Below, in pieces: positions 55,259 through 64,000 of a DNA stretch of 64,000 nt (positions are counted from its first letter, which is position 1; the number at the start of each line of letters is the position of its first letter). A program made the translations under genes and the position numbers. The notes below the pieces were generated by a model, which was given only the letters and a program-made list of their open reading frames with translations, searched no databases and was not told where the DNA came from. The stretch is from an uncultured virus (IMG/VR IMGVR_UViG_3300020564_000003) (taxonomy: Duplodnaviria > Heunggongvirae > Uroviricota > Caudoviricetes). Location of the stretch: the IMG/VR virus record IMGVR_UViG_3300020564_000003; one strand, given 5' to 3'.

Positions 55259-55567
55259 GTGGCAAAAAAGATTACTAAAAAGTTTACAGCAACACTTACA
55301 CTAAACACCGAACAAGGTGGCGCATGGTTGGCTAACGTCAGCCTTCTTACTCCAATGATTGATGATGACAATCCCAACTCAATGCAACCAGCAGAGGCTG
55401 TAAGTGCAGAAGCAGCTTGGAAAAATGCATCAGCAGGTAAGCGTTGGATTAAATCACAGGTGTTAGCAATGACACCTCGCAAAAGCGTAAAGTTAGAAGC
55501 AACTAAAGTTGATAAAACAACTGACAAGCCAACGGCTTTCGTTGGAGTACTGGAGTTTAAAGCATAA
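55259..55567 (+). CDS. Hypothetical protein
   Basis: AGGAG RBS, GTG start. Confidence 0.6.
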   Translation: MAKKITKKFTATLTLNTEQGGAWLANVSLLTPMIDDDNPNSMQPAEAVSAEAAWKNASAGKRWIKSQVLAMTPRKSVKLEATKVDKTTDKPTAFVGVLEFKA

Positions 55568-55710
55568 TGAATCCACTAGCTTATTCAGAACCACTTGCTG
55601 ACCTTACAAAGGACGCAGACTTCTTGGAATACCTTGAAGAACACTCAGTTCCAGAAGCAGAAACGCAAATTGCTTTTGCTGCTTGGCTTAAGGAAAACGA
55701 AGACAAGTAA
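55567..55710 (+). CDS. Small acidic hypothetical protein (47 aa)
   Basis: MNPLAYSEPLADLTKDADFLEYL...; TAATG coupling. Confidence 0.5.
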   Translation: MNPLAYSEPLADLTKDADFLEYLEEHSVPEAETQIAFAAWLKENEDK

Positions 55711-55866
55711 TTGGAAGAAGACGAACTAGAGCAAGCCCTAATGAATTTATTTGCATTAGGGCTTGTTTCAGTTGACTACGATGAAGACTTAAATCCTCGG
55801 TTTGCCATAACGGATGCTGGCCGAATAAAGTTAGAAAAAGAATTGGGGGGTAACACAGATGTATGA
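55711..55866 (+). CDS. Small hypothetical protein (51 aa)
   Basis: TTG start; L..LGLVSVDYD....F.IT..G; fills gap to next gene. Confidence 0.5.
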   Translation: MEEDELEQALMNLFALGLVSVDYDEDLNPRFAITDAGRIKLEKELGGNTDV

Positions 55867-56581
55867 CATCAACACTTTGTCTCCATTAAAAAAGCACTGG
55901 CTACTGCGGACTTCAAACATTCCACGCAGATTTATAGGGCTAGAACCAAGTGACATTACTGAGAAAGTAGGGTCATTCCCAGGAGAGGTATCTTCGTGGG
56001 TTGATGATGTGACTTCAGGTCAGGTCATTAAAAGTATTGGGAACATCGGTGTAAACGGCGTAGGTCTTGTCTTTGACGGCGGTCCTGGTCTTGGTAAAAC
56101 AACTCACGCTGTTGTTGCAGCGATGGAGATTGTCCGTAACCTTCCAGACGACGATGCTTTAGCAAGCAAACTATTGGGGTTAAACTCAACTGAGTACGGG
56201 TTAAAGTTTCGCCCTGTTTACTATATGACTTATCCAGAGTTCTTATCTCGTAAGAAGTCAACTTTTGATATGGATGGCGAAGATAAAAGAGAGATGAGCT
56301 ATGAGTTAGATGGGTTTCACGGTCGTTGCCGTTTTGACTGGTTAAACGTCAGAGTATTAATACTTGATGATTTAGGTAAAGAATACGGGTCTAAGTATGA
56401 CGACACATCATTTGATGAGATTCTAAGACTGCGCTACGACAAGGGATTACCTACAATTGTTACTACCAATGTTCGTTTAGAAAATTGGGAATCGCAGTAC
56501 AGCGAAGCAATGGCGAGTTTTGCTAACGAAGCGTTTATAAGAGTGCCTATACTAGGTTCAGACCTAAGAGGTGCCCAATGA
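55859..56581 (+). CDS. DnaC/IstB-like AAA+ helicase loader
   Basis: IP.RF, GGPGLGKT, LILDDLGKE, R......PTIVTTN. Confidence 0.88.
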   Translation: MYDINTLSPLKKHWLLRTSNIPRRFIGLEPSDITEKVGSFPGEVSSWVDDVTSGQVIKSIGNIGVNGVGLVFDGGPGLGKTTHAVVAAMEIVRNLPDDDALASKLLGLNSTEYGLKFRPVYYMTYPEFLSRKKSTFDMDGEDKREMSYELDGFHGRCRFDWLNVRVLILDDLGKEYGSKYDDTSFDEILRLRYDKGLPTIVTTNVRLENWESQYSEAMASFANEAFIRVPILGSDLRGAQ

Positions 56582-56883
56582 AAGGACCAAGCATGAAAGC
56601 AGAGTGGATGACTGTTCAGCAGTTCATCTCTGCCCAAGGCGTGGGCGTATTTGAGGTTGAGTTAGAGACTAAGTCCAAGCAAACCCGTTGCAACTGCCCA
56701 GTGTGGACTAAGAAGAGCACTTGCAAACACACCTCCTTTGTAAACAATAAGATTAAAAGCACAGGTCATTACTCAATCAATGTCCCTAACTCAGTGCCAG
56801 AAGAGTGGGCATACGAGGCTAGCGAAGACCCTAAGAAGTTCCGTGAGTTCGTAGTTAACTACGCGACGATAGAAGTTATATGA
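56578..56883 (+). CDS. SWIM zinc-finger protein
   Basis: CNCP......CKH. Confidence 0.7.
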   Translation: MKGPSMKAEWMTVQQFISAQGVGVFEVELETKSKQTRCNCPVWTKKSTCKHTSFVNNKIKSTGHYSINVPNSVPEEWAYEASEDPKKFREFVVNYATIEVI

Positions 56884-57296
56884 AAAACGGAGACATTTCC
56901 AACGTCTCCTCTCCGCAGGTAGTCTGTGTAACAGACGTAGCTCTCAAACTAAAAGAAGAAGTCTCTAAACGTCTTTTGGTGAAGAAGACTTCTTTTGCGG
57001 TAGGAGATATTGATTTACTTGCAGCTAACAAGCTGTGGCACCTGTCAAACAACTATGCATTTTCTTTAGAGCTAGCTGGCTTTGAGAGCGAAGGCTGGAC
57101 AGAAGAGCTCCTTGATAAAGCCTTTGAGAAACTTGAGCGCAGGGTTGTTAATCCCTTTAACTATTGGCAACTTTACGAGGACCCACACGAGTTGGTAGGT
57201 GCTCTGCCATATCGTGCTAATCTTAAGGCTGTAATAGATGTTCCAAGCCGAGTCGCTATGTATGGCTCGGCAGGAGTACAGTTAGACAACATCTAG
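56880..57296 (+). CDS. Hypothetical protein
   Basis: 138 aa, ATGA coupling. Confidence 0.6.
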   Translation: MKNGDISNVSSPQVVCVTDVALKLKEEVSKRLLVKKTSFAVGDIDLLAANKLWHLSNNYAFSLELAGFESEGWTEELLDKAFEKLERRVVNPFNYWQLYEDPHELVGALPYRANLKAVIDVPSRVAMYGSAGVQLDNI

Positions 57297-57314
57297 TCCT
57301 TGAGGGAGGGCGCT

Positions 57315-57431
57315 ATGTTCAGTATTGCAAACACAAATTGTAAAATGTGTCGTTCAAATGACATTGCACGTATTTGGGTGCATGGAAATTCGTATTTACA
57401 ATGTCAAACATGCGGGGAGCGGTGGAAGTAA
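57315..57431 (+). CDS. Small zinc-ribbon protein (38 aa)
   Basis: GGAGGG RBS; MFSIANTNCKMCRS...LQCQTCGERWK. Confidence 0.55.
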   Translation: MFSIANTNCKMCRSNDIARIWVHGNSYLQCQTCGERWK

Positions 57432-58685
57432 TTGGCAGCAGATAACGAACATAGGTTAGTTAGCAAGGTAATCAAAGACCGTGAGATTACTCCTGTACTT
57501 CAACGTGGAATAACGGATGTTTGGTTCTTAGACGACGACAACCGAAAAGTTTGGACGTTTGTCCGTAAACATTACAGTGAATACAGTGAAGTTCCTACGG
57601 CAACAACTGTTCTTGACCATTATCCAAACTACAAAGTTCTCAATGTTGAAGACAGTATGGATTACTTGTTGGACACAATGGTGGACTTCCGCCGTCGTAT
57701 GCTCACACGACAGGGGTTGGAAAACGCGGTTGAGCAGTTGCAGGATAACAACCACAACGCTGCAATCCTTGCGATGGAACAAACTGTTTCCAAAGTTAAT
57801 GAGCAAGGAGTACTTGGTACTCACGAGATTGATTTAACAAAGAACACAGAAGAGCGTTACAAGGAATATCAAGCAATTCAGAATCAAGAGTTCTTAGGTA
57901 TACCTACAGGGTTTAAAGATATTGACGAAGCAACCGCAGGGCTACAGGGTGGTCAGTTAGTTACCATCATTGCTCCACCTAAGACAGGTAAGTCTCAAGT
58001 GGCATTACAAGTTGCTATAAATATTCACAAACTTGGTAAGACACCTATGTTCCAATCATTTGAGATGAACAATCACGAGCAACAACAGCGCCACGACGCG
58101 ATGCGTTCTCACATTGACCACGGACGATTACGTCGCGGAAAGCTATTGCCGAAAGAAGAGTCCAGATACATTGATATGTTGAATGCTATGGAAACCGAAC
58201 ATCCTTTTCATTTAGTAGATGCAGTAAACGGTATTACTGTCTCTGCTTTGTCAGCAAAGATTGAGCAGTTAAAGCCAGACATTGTTTTTGTAGACGGTGT
58301 GTATTTGATGCTTGATGATTTGACTGGTGAGATGAACACACCACAAGCAATTACAAACATTACCCGTGCCCTCAAGCGTTTAGCGCAAAAGATTGACAAG
58401 CCAATTGTTATTACCACCCAGACTTTGCTGTGGAAGATGCGTGCTGGAAAAGTTACCGCAGACTCCATCGGTTACTCATCTTCTTTCTTCCAAGACTCAG
58501 ATGTAATTCTAGGTTTAGAGCCAGTAGAAGAAGATGATTCCATTCGTCTATTAAAGGTTGTTGCTTCTCGTAACTGCCCTCCTAAAGAGACCTCACTAAC
58601 TTGGAAGTGGGAGACAGGATGCTTCCACGATGAGTCAGCAATGATGAGTTGTGAGTTCTGTTCTAACTGGGATAACAATGGTTGA
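57432..58685 (+). CDS. dnaB: Replicative DNA helicase, DnaB-like
   Basis: GIPTGF..ID, APPKTGKS, SFEM, VFVDGVYL, LKRLA, QDSDVI. Confidence 0.92.
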   Translation: MAADNEHRLVSKVIKDREITPVLQRGITDVWFLDDDNRKVWTFVRKHYSEYSEVPTATTVLDHYPNYKVLNVEDSMDYLLDTMVDFRRRMLTRQGLENAVEQLQDNNHNAAILAMEQTVSKVNEQGVLGTHEIDLTKNTEERYKEYQAIQNQEFLGIPTGFKDIDEATAGLQGGQLVTIIAPPKTGKSQVALQVAINIHKLGKTPMFQSFEMNNHEQQQRHDAMRSHIDHGRLRRGKLLPKEESRYIDMLNAMETEHPFHLVDAVNGITVSALSAKIEQLKPDIVFVDGVYLMLDDLTGEMNTPQAITNITRALKRLAQKIDKPIVITTQTLLWKMRAGKVTADSIGYSSSFFQDSDVILGLEPVEEDDSIRLLKVVASRNCPPKETSLTWKWETGCFHDESAMMSCEFCSNWDNNG

Positions 58686-59616
58686 TGTAGAAAAAGTTTT
58701 ACTTTCATTAGATATACCCCTTGTTTCTCAGAGAGGTGAAGAGGTACAAGGGCTATGTCCAATGCACAAAGCTCGCACTGGAAAAGAAGACCACAATCCG
58801 TCGTGGTGGATTAACTCCGTAACTGGAGCACACATCTGCTTCTCCTGTGGTTACAAAGGCAACGTGTATACGTTGGTTGCAGATATCAAAGGCATTGATT
58901 ATTTTGATGCAAAAGATTATGTAACTTCTAGTGCAGAGCTTGATGTGGATGTACTGTTAAAGCGTATCCGTGAATTGCCACAGTATGTCACCACTGAAGA
59001 ACCTATAGCGATGTCAGAGGCTCGTCTTGCGGTGTACACAGAGCCACCAGAGAAAGAACTACGAAAGAGGTATATCAGTGCAGAAGCAGCAAGACATCAC
59101 GGCGTCCTATGGGATGCTGCTAACGAAGCCTGGATTGTCCCAATACGTGAGCCTAACGATTACTCTTTATGGGGATGGCAAGAAAAAGGTGCACGTGGTC
59201 GTTTCTTCCGTAACCAGCCGCAAGGTGTTAAAAAATCAAGAACCGTCTTTGGTGTAGAGGTTATGTCTACGGAGACACTAGTTGTTGTTGAGTCTCCGCT
59301 AGACGTTGCAAGGCTTGCTTCCGCAGGGGTTGCAGGAGCAATATCTACCTATGGTGCAATCATCAGTGAAGAGCAAGCAAAAATTATGCGTAGAGCAGAC
59401 CGCGTTATTGCAGCCTTTGATAAGGATGATGCTGGAATACACGCAAATGAACTTATGCGTGGTTTTGCTCGCAAGTATGGTATTGAATTGGCCTACTTCA
59501 ACTACACAGGTATTGATGTAAAGGACCCAGGAGATATGACTGAAGCAGAGATAAGGCAAGGGCTTGATACAGCTCGTGACATGATTTATGGCAAAGCAGC
59601 CTACGTATGGCGTTAG
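58678..59616 (+). CDS. dnaG: DNA primase (CHC2 zinc finger + Toprim)
   Basis: CPMH...D..PS...CFSCG; VVES.LD; FDKDDAG; KDPGD. Confidence 0.9.
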   Translation: MVDVEKVLLSLDIPLVSQRGEEVQGLCPMHKARTGKEDHNPSWWINSVTGAHICFSCGYKGNVYTLVADIKGIDYFDAKDYVTSSAELDVDVLLKRIRELPQYVTTEEPIAMSEARLAVYTEPPEKELRKRYISAEAARHHGVLWDAANEAWIVPIREPNDYSLWGWQEKGARGRFFRNQPQGVKKSRTVFGVEVMSTETLVVVESPLDVARLASAGVAGAISTYGAIISEEQAKIMRRADRVIAAFDKDDAGIHANELMRGFARKYGIELAYFNYTGIDVKDPGDMTEAEIRQGLDTARDMIYGKAAYVWR

Positions 59617-59792
59617 ATGCTCGTGGAGTACCAACGCACGCCTGTCCTAACTGTGGGTGTCTAGTGTTAAAAATTAAAGCAATGTTTGAGGATTACGATA
59701 TTGCATTGTGGTTTACTGACGCTGAGTGCAGTGACTGTGGAACTTTGCTTACAGCTCCTACTCCTGTGGATGACCCAGATGTTCAAAGGTGA
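59607..59792 (+). CDS. Small zinc-binding protein
   Basis: PTHACPNCG...ECSDCG...APTPVD. Confidence 0.7.
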   Translation: MALDARGVPTHACPNCGCLVLKIKAMFEDYDIALWFTDAECSDCGTLLTAPTPVDDPDVQR

Positions 59793-61398
59793 GCTAAAAC
59801 CATATCAAGTAGAAGACGTTAAGAAAATGGCGTCTCGTCAAAAGATGCTTGTTGCCTATGAAATGGGTTTAGGAAAAACCTGTATGACTATTGCTGCACT
59901 AGAGAAACTAAAAGAAGACGGTGAGTTAACAAAGCCAACACTTGTTATTGCTTTATCTAGCTTGAAGTACCAGTGGCAAAAAGAAATTAATAAGTTTTCA
60001 GATGATTACTCTTCCGTAATTGACGGTTCCAAAGGTACTCGTTTCATTCGTTGGGAAAGAGATATGACGTGGGAAGACCACACTGGGTACATAATTGCTA
60101 ACTATGAAACTATCGTGGCTGATTGGGATATTATCAAAGACTATGAGTGGGGCGCAGTAGTTTGCGACGAGGCAACTGCAATTAAAGGGTTCCGTTCTCA
60201 ACGGTCAAAACGAGTAAAAGAACTTGCACGTAAAGTCCCAATTCGTTTTGCCTTAACAGGTACACCTATTGAGAACGGACGCCCAGAAGAACTCTATAGC
60301 ATTATGCAGTTTGTTGACCCAACAGTTTTAGGGCGCTTTGATTTATTTGACCAAACTTTTATTGTAAGAAATCATTTTGGTGGAGTTCAACGTTACCGCA
60401 ACCTACCTATCTTCCACGAAAAAATGAAGCAGGTTGCGGTACGCAAAACCCAGAAAGACCCAGATGTTGCTCCACACCTACCAGAGACAATCCATTTAGA
60501 GCCTTACCTAATCCCCCTAGACAAAGCTGGCGCAGAACTTTATGCCAAGATTTCTTCAGACTTGATACAAGAGCTTATGGACGCACAAGAGTTACTAGGG
60601 GGTTCTTTTTCTTTAGACGCCCACTACGGACAAGGCCACAAAGCAGGAGGACCAGCTGATAAGCTACGTGGTTCCATAATGTCTAAGATAACTTCTTTAA
60701 GGATGTTATGTGATTCCCCACAGCTTTTAGTTGAAAGTTCAACTAAGTTTCATAATGGATGGCAGGAGATTGATGGTGAAAAAGTCAACCTTGAAGGGTC
60801 TAAAGGCGGCAGTGTTTACGTGGCTGGTCTTGAAGCTTCTGGAGCTCTTGCAAAGGCGACGAAATCTCCGAAGCTAGACGCTGTAATAAACTATGTAGTA
60901 GAACACATAGAGGCAAATGAAGACCACAAGGTGGTCATCTTTACTTGCTACCTGGGTATGCTCCCCCTTATCCAAGAAGCACTTACTGCAAAAAAGATAG
61001 TTAGCACTCTCTACTCAGGACTGCTAAATGCAAAAGAAAAAGAAGAGTCTAAAACTTCTTTTCAAACCTCTAAAGAAGTTAGGGTACTTGTTTCTTCCGA
61101 TGCAGGAGGCTATGGTGTAGACCTGCCTCAAGCAAACTTGCTAGTTAACTTTGACTTGCCCTGGTCTTCTGGCACCGCAGTCCAACGCAACTCTCGCATC
61201 CGACGCGCCTCCAGTACTTGGTCCCATGTTGTCATACAAGACTTCCTCGTGCTAAACTCCATTGAGGAAAGACAACACCAAATGTTAATGCAAAAAAACG
61301 CTGTAGCAGACGCTGTTATGGATGGAACAGGCATCAACGTAAAAGGTGGCGTAGACTTAACAGTAGGAAGTCTCTTGAGTTTCTTAAAGGGGGAATAA
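59779..61398 (+). CDS. SNF2-family helicase
   Basis: Preferred ATG 59779; LKPYQ, EMGLGKT, CDEA, LTGTPIEN, G.GVDL, QR..RI.R. Confidence 0.92.
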   Translation: MFKGELKPYQVEDVKKMASRQKMLVAYEMGLGKTCMTIAALEKLKEDGELTKPTLVIALSSLKYQWQKEINKFSDDYSSVIDGSKGTRFIRWERDMTWEDHTGYIIANYETIVADWDIIKDYEWGAVVCDEATAIKGFRSQRSKRVKELARKVPIRFALTGTPIENGRPEELYSIMQFVDPTVLGRFDLFDQTFIVRNHFGGVQRYRNLPIFHEKMKQVAVRKTQKDPDVAPHLPETIHLEPYLIPLDKAGAELYAKISSDLIQELMDAQELLGGSFSLDAHYGQGHKAGGPADKLRGSIMSKITSLRMLCDSPQLLVESSTKFHNGWQEIDGEKVNLEGSKGGSVYVAGLEASGALAKATKSPKLDAVINYVVEHIEANEDHKVVIFTCYLGMLPLIQEALTAKKIVSTLYSGLLNAKEKEESKTSFQTSKEVRVLVSSDAGGYGVDLPQANLLVNFDLPWSSGTAVQRNSRIRRASSTWSHVVIQDFLVLNSIEERQHQMLMQKNAVADAVMDGTGINVKGGVDLTVGSLLSFLKGE

Positions 61399-61835
61399 TG
61401 GCAAGAGTAAAAAATGATGAACCGCGTTTCTCAGACGAGAATGATTTAATTGCTCGCACTAAGAAGTACGCTTTTTTAAAGTCACAGTTAGATTTTCTTG
61501 AGAAGGAACAGAAAGCACTCCGTGCATTGTTGTTTGAGAACCTTGATGAAATTGGCGAAGAAGATGACAAAGGCAATGTTGTTATTGAACTTCCAGAAGA
61601 AGTAGAGGGTTACTCCGCAGTAGTTAAACAACGCCGTGTATCTCGCAAGATTGACGAAGCGCGAGCAGAAGAAATCATTACTGAACACGAGCTTGAAGAT
61701 GTTTTGTATAAGACAATTCGTGTTGTAGATGAAGACGCATTAATGGCCGCTCTATACGAAGACGTTCTTACGGAAGAAGAAGTAGACGAGATGTATCCAC
61801 AGTCAATTACTTGGGCATTGGTGCTAAAGAAGTAA
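61398..61835 (+). CDS. Hypothetical acidic coiled-coil protein
   Basis: 145 aa, TAATG coupling. Confidence 0.6.
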   Translation: MARVKNDEPRFSDENDLIARTKKYAFLKSQLDFLEKEQKALRALLFENLDEIGEEDDKGNVVIELPEEVEGYSAVVKQRRVSRKIDEARAEEIITEHELEDVLYKTIRVVDEDALMAALYEDVLTEEEVDEMYPQSITWALVLKK

Positions 61836-61836
61836 C

Positions 61837-62313
61837 ATGGCTGGATTAAGAGGGCAGGATGAAATTGAAAAGGCATTTGCCGATTTAGAATACATACCTG
61901 GCTCAAAGAAGAAACGCCGTGAGGCAGACCCAAAGGTTTCTCGTCGTAAGGCGGGAGAAACAAACGGTTGGGATGCAAACCCAATCATTAAGCGATTAGG
62001 CGGAGAAGACACAGAAGTATTTACAATCGGTGCATTAGCACTAGCGTTGGAAAAACAGATTGTGACTATCCGTTTATGGGAGCGCAAAGGTTACATACCA
62101 AGAGCGCCATACAGACTTCGTGCCAAGACACTTGGTGGCAAGAAAACTGGAGGCAATCGGGTATACACTAGAGCGCTGATTGAAGCCACTGTTGACGAGT
62201 TCGCCAAGAGAGGCTTGATAGGCACTGCTCGCGTAGAGTGGGGCCAGCACGAAGACCTTACAGAGGCACTAATTAGCCGCTGGAAGGACATCACATCCAC
62301 CGAGAGCCGTTAG
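61837..62313 (+). CDS. MerR-like HTH DNA-binding protein
   Basis: FTIGALA.AL.....TIRLWERKGYIP...R.YT. Confidence 0.75.
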   Translation: MAGLRGQDEIEKAFADLEYIPGSKKKRREADPKVSRRKAGETNGWDANPIIKRLGGEDTEVFTIGALALALEKQIVTIRLWERKGYIPRAPYRLRAKTLGGKKTGGNRVYTRALIEATVDEFAKRGLIGTARVEWGQHEDLTEALISRWKDITSTESR

Positions 62314-62335
62314 GCCTCATTACCAAAGGAACCAA

Positions 62336-62986
62336 ATGCCGATTGCAAAACCGTCAGTTGATGCTGACACATACCTCGCTGAAGACAGCGAAACAATCCA
62401 GCCAAAGGTTGGAACAACCGTACAAGAAGGTTGGGATGCAGTAGATGCTCTGTTAAAGACAGACAACTCAGAGTTCCCAACTGATTTCCGTTTCTCAGAT
62501 GAGCCACAGCTCATCAAGTTCCTCCAAGACCGTCCGTTTGCTACTTACGAGCAGCACTGGATTGAACGTCCAAAGGGCAAGAAGTCCTTTGTATGTATCG
62601 GAGACACATGCCCACTTTGCGACATCCTTGGTGATAAGCCTCGTGGCAAATTTGCTTTTAACATTCTCGTTCTTGTTGGCGAGACTACAGGTGTGCAGGT
62701 TCTAACTGCTCCACCATCATTGGCTCGTCAGATTAAGAAGGCTCATGACGATGAGCGTAAGGGACCACTTGACCGTGAGTTCTGGGAAATTTCTCGCATG
62801 GGAACAGGTCCAACGACACAGTACACCCTCAACTATGTACGTGGACGTGACCTTGCCGAGGAGTGGAAGTTAGACCTTGAAAACGTTAATGAACAGATTG
62901 CATCTGCTGAGTCATTTACGGCAGACGAAGTAGTCCGAGAGACCCCTCGCTCTGAACTTCTTGAAATCGCACGTTCAATAGCGTAA
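62336..62986 (+). CDS. Single-stranded DNA-binding protein (gp32-like)
   Basis: QHWI...SFVC....CPLC; ISR.G.G..TQY; located before polymerase. Confidence 0.65.
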   Translation: MPIAKPSVDADTYLAEDSETIQPKVGTTVQEGWDAVDALLKTDNSEFPTDFRFSDEPQLIKFLQDRPFATYEQHWIERPKGKKSFVCIGDTCPLCDILGDKPRGKFAFNILVLVGETTGVQVLTAPPSLARQIKKAHDDERKGPLDREFWEISRMGTGPTTQYTLNYVRGRDLAEEWKLDLENVNEQIASAESFTADEVVRETPRSELLEIARSIA

Positions 62987-62996
62987 AACTTCCACA

Positions 62997-63035
62997 GTAG
63001 TAGGGGCCTGTCTTCCGTTTCCAGGCCCCTACTAC
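62997..63035 (+). terminator. Strong hairpin between SSB and polymerase
   Basis: gtagtaggggcctg-tcttccgtttc-caggcccctactac, perfect 14-bp stem; no U-tract. Confidence 0.55.
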
Positions 63036-63057
63036 ACACTAACTTGAGGGGTATTAA

Positions 63058-64000
63058 ATGAACATAATTACAACTAAGAAACAACTTGAAGAACTTGTTG
63101 AGTTTTACTCCAAGGTAGATGGTTTTGCATTTGACGTAGAAACAGTTGGAGAAAATAGAATCCAACCTGTTGTAAATGATGTGTTGTGGCTGTCATTAGC
63201 TACTGAGGGTCGTACAGATGTAATTCCTATGGGTCATCCTAATGGTGACTTTTTAAAGTGGGATAAAGAACTATTGTTAAGTGGTCAAAAGAAACTTGCT
63301 GCAGGTAAAGAGCTAAAAGAAACTGACTACTCAAAGAACCAAGCCAAGTGGACTCCAGTGTTTGATGCGCCACCAGAGCAGTTGTTGCCAGGCGATGTGT
63401 TTAAAGCATTAAAGCCATTGTTTTTTAGTGACCAGTTAAAGGTTGGTCATAACATTAAGTTTGACCTCAAATCAATTGCTAAGTATTACAGAGGCGTAGT
63501 ACCCAAGAAGCCTTTCTTTGACACTTTGATGGCTGCTTTTGTTATTGACAACCGTAATCGTGGAAAGCTTGGCCTAAAAGACTGTGCTGAAAAGTATCTG
63601 AAGATTAAAGTTGAAAAAGGTATTGGAGCAATGGTTGAGGTCCACTCCTTTTCAGAGGTAGCACATTACTCAGGGTTTGACTCTGAGGTTACTTGGAAGT
63701 TGTACAAAGAGTTGGCGCCTAAGTTAACTGGAAGTCTTGCTCGTGTGTGGGGTTTAGAGATGGATATTGTTGGCGCACTTTGTGACATGGAGTTAGCTGG
63801 AGCAACTGTTGATGTGGAAGAGTTAACTAATTTAAAAAAACGCCTTGAGATAGACATTGATGCTGCAGTTGCTCGTGCATACCGACTTGCAGGTAAGCCA
63901 TTTCCTATGAACTCTGTGCAAGAAAAACAGAAACTGTTATTTTCACCTAAAGAAGAAGGTGGTCGTGGTATTAAACCTAATCTCAAGGTTAAGATTGCTT
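63058..64000 (+). CDS. polA: DNA polymerase family A, 3'-5' exonuclease part (3' truncated; absent from ORF track)
   Basis: GAGGGG RBS; MNIITT...FAFDVET (ExoI), GHNIKFD (ExoII), FDTL.A, YSGFD (ExoIII), LEM......ME.AG..VD. Confidence 0.88.
   Translation, partial: MNIITTKKQLEELVEFYSKVDGFAFDVETVGENRIQPVVNDVLWLSLATEGRTDVIPMGHPNGDFLKWDKELLLSGQKKLAAGKELKETDYSKNQAKWTPVFDAPPEQLLPGDVFKALKPLFFSDQLKVGHNIKFDLKSIAKYYRGVVPKKPFFDTLMAAFVIDNRNRGKLGLKDCAEKYLKIKVEKGIGAMVEVHSFSEVAHYSGFDSEVTWKLYKELAPKLTGSLARVWGLEMDIVGALCDMELAGATVDVEELTNLKKRLEIDIDAAVARAYRLAGKPFPMNSVQEKQKLLFSPKEEGGRGIKPNLKVKIA

Noticed and set aside
55859..56581. IS21 transposon (IstB-like ATPase)
   Set aside because: No IstA transposase or terminal inverted repeats; context with initiator, DnaB and primase indicates a helicase loader.
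63666..63986. Minus-strand 106-aa ORF at window end
   Set aside because: Antisense to the family A DNA polymerase, which the ORF track missed because it runs off the window.

Overview
64 kb segment of a lytic tailed dsDNA phage with a contractile tail (myovirus). Nearly every gene is on the + strand and both ends of the window cut through genes. The gene order and content resemble large actinobacterial myoviruses. The moderate GC and the leaderless-type promoters suggest a low-GC (possibly freshwater) actinobacterial host; this is inference. Order: lysis/accessory genes (CHAP endolysin, HslV-like protease, holin-like genes, a secreted PA14 stalk protein; 1-10.2 kb); terminase, portal, scaffold, major capsid, adaptor and fibres (10.3-22.3 kb); an unusual 13 kb accessory cassette (22.3-35.4 kb); neck, a cluster of very small charged ORFs, sheath, tube, a frameshifted chaperone, tape measure and baseplate (35.5-53.4 kb); replication genes (HTH initiator, DnaC-like loader, DnaB, primase, SNF2 helicase, SSB, family A polymerase; 54.3-64 kb). 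The standout is the 22.3-35.4 kb cassette. It opens with an Fn3 protein carrying a 129-residue Pro/Phe repeat (14 PFF + 20 PPFF units) and a Cys-rich tail. Six prolyl-4-hydroxylase-like 2OG-Fe(II) oxygenases, two DUF6065-like proteins, a divergent glutathione peroxidase, an SDR and a GT32 glycosyltransferase follow. It closes with a paralogous Fn3 protein bearing a 24-Cys insertion. Each Fn3 gene has the same two small partner genes. I interpret this as a candidate phage-encoded post-translational modification system (hydroxylation, glycosylation, disulfide formation) for virion appendages; this is untested. I recognised no tRNA, CRISPR array, integrase or transposase. All family calls come from motif reading by eye, not database searches.
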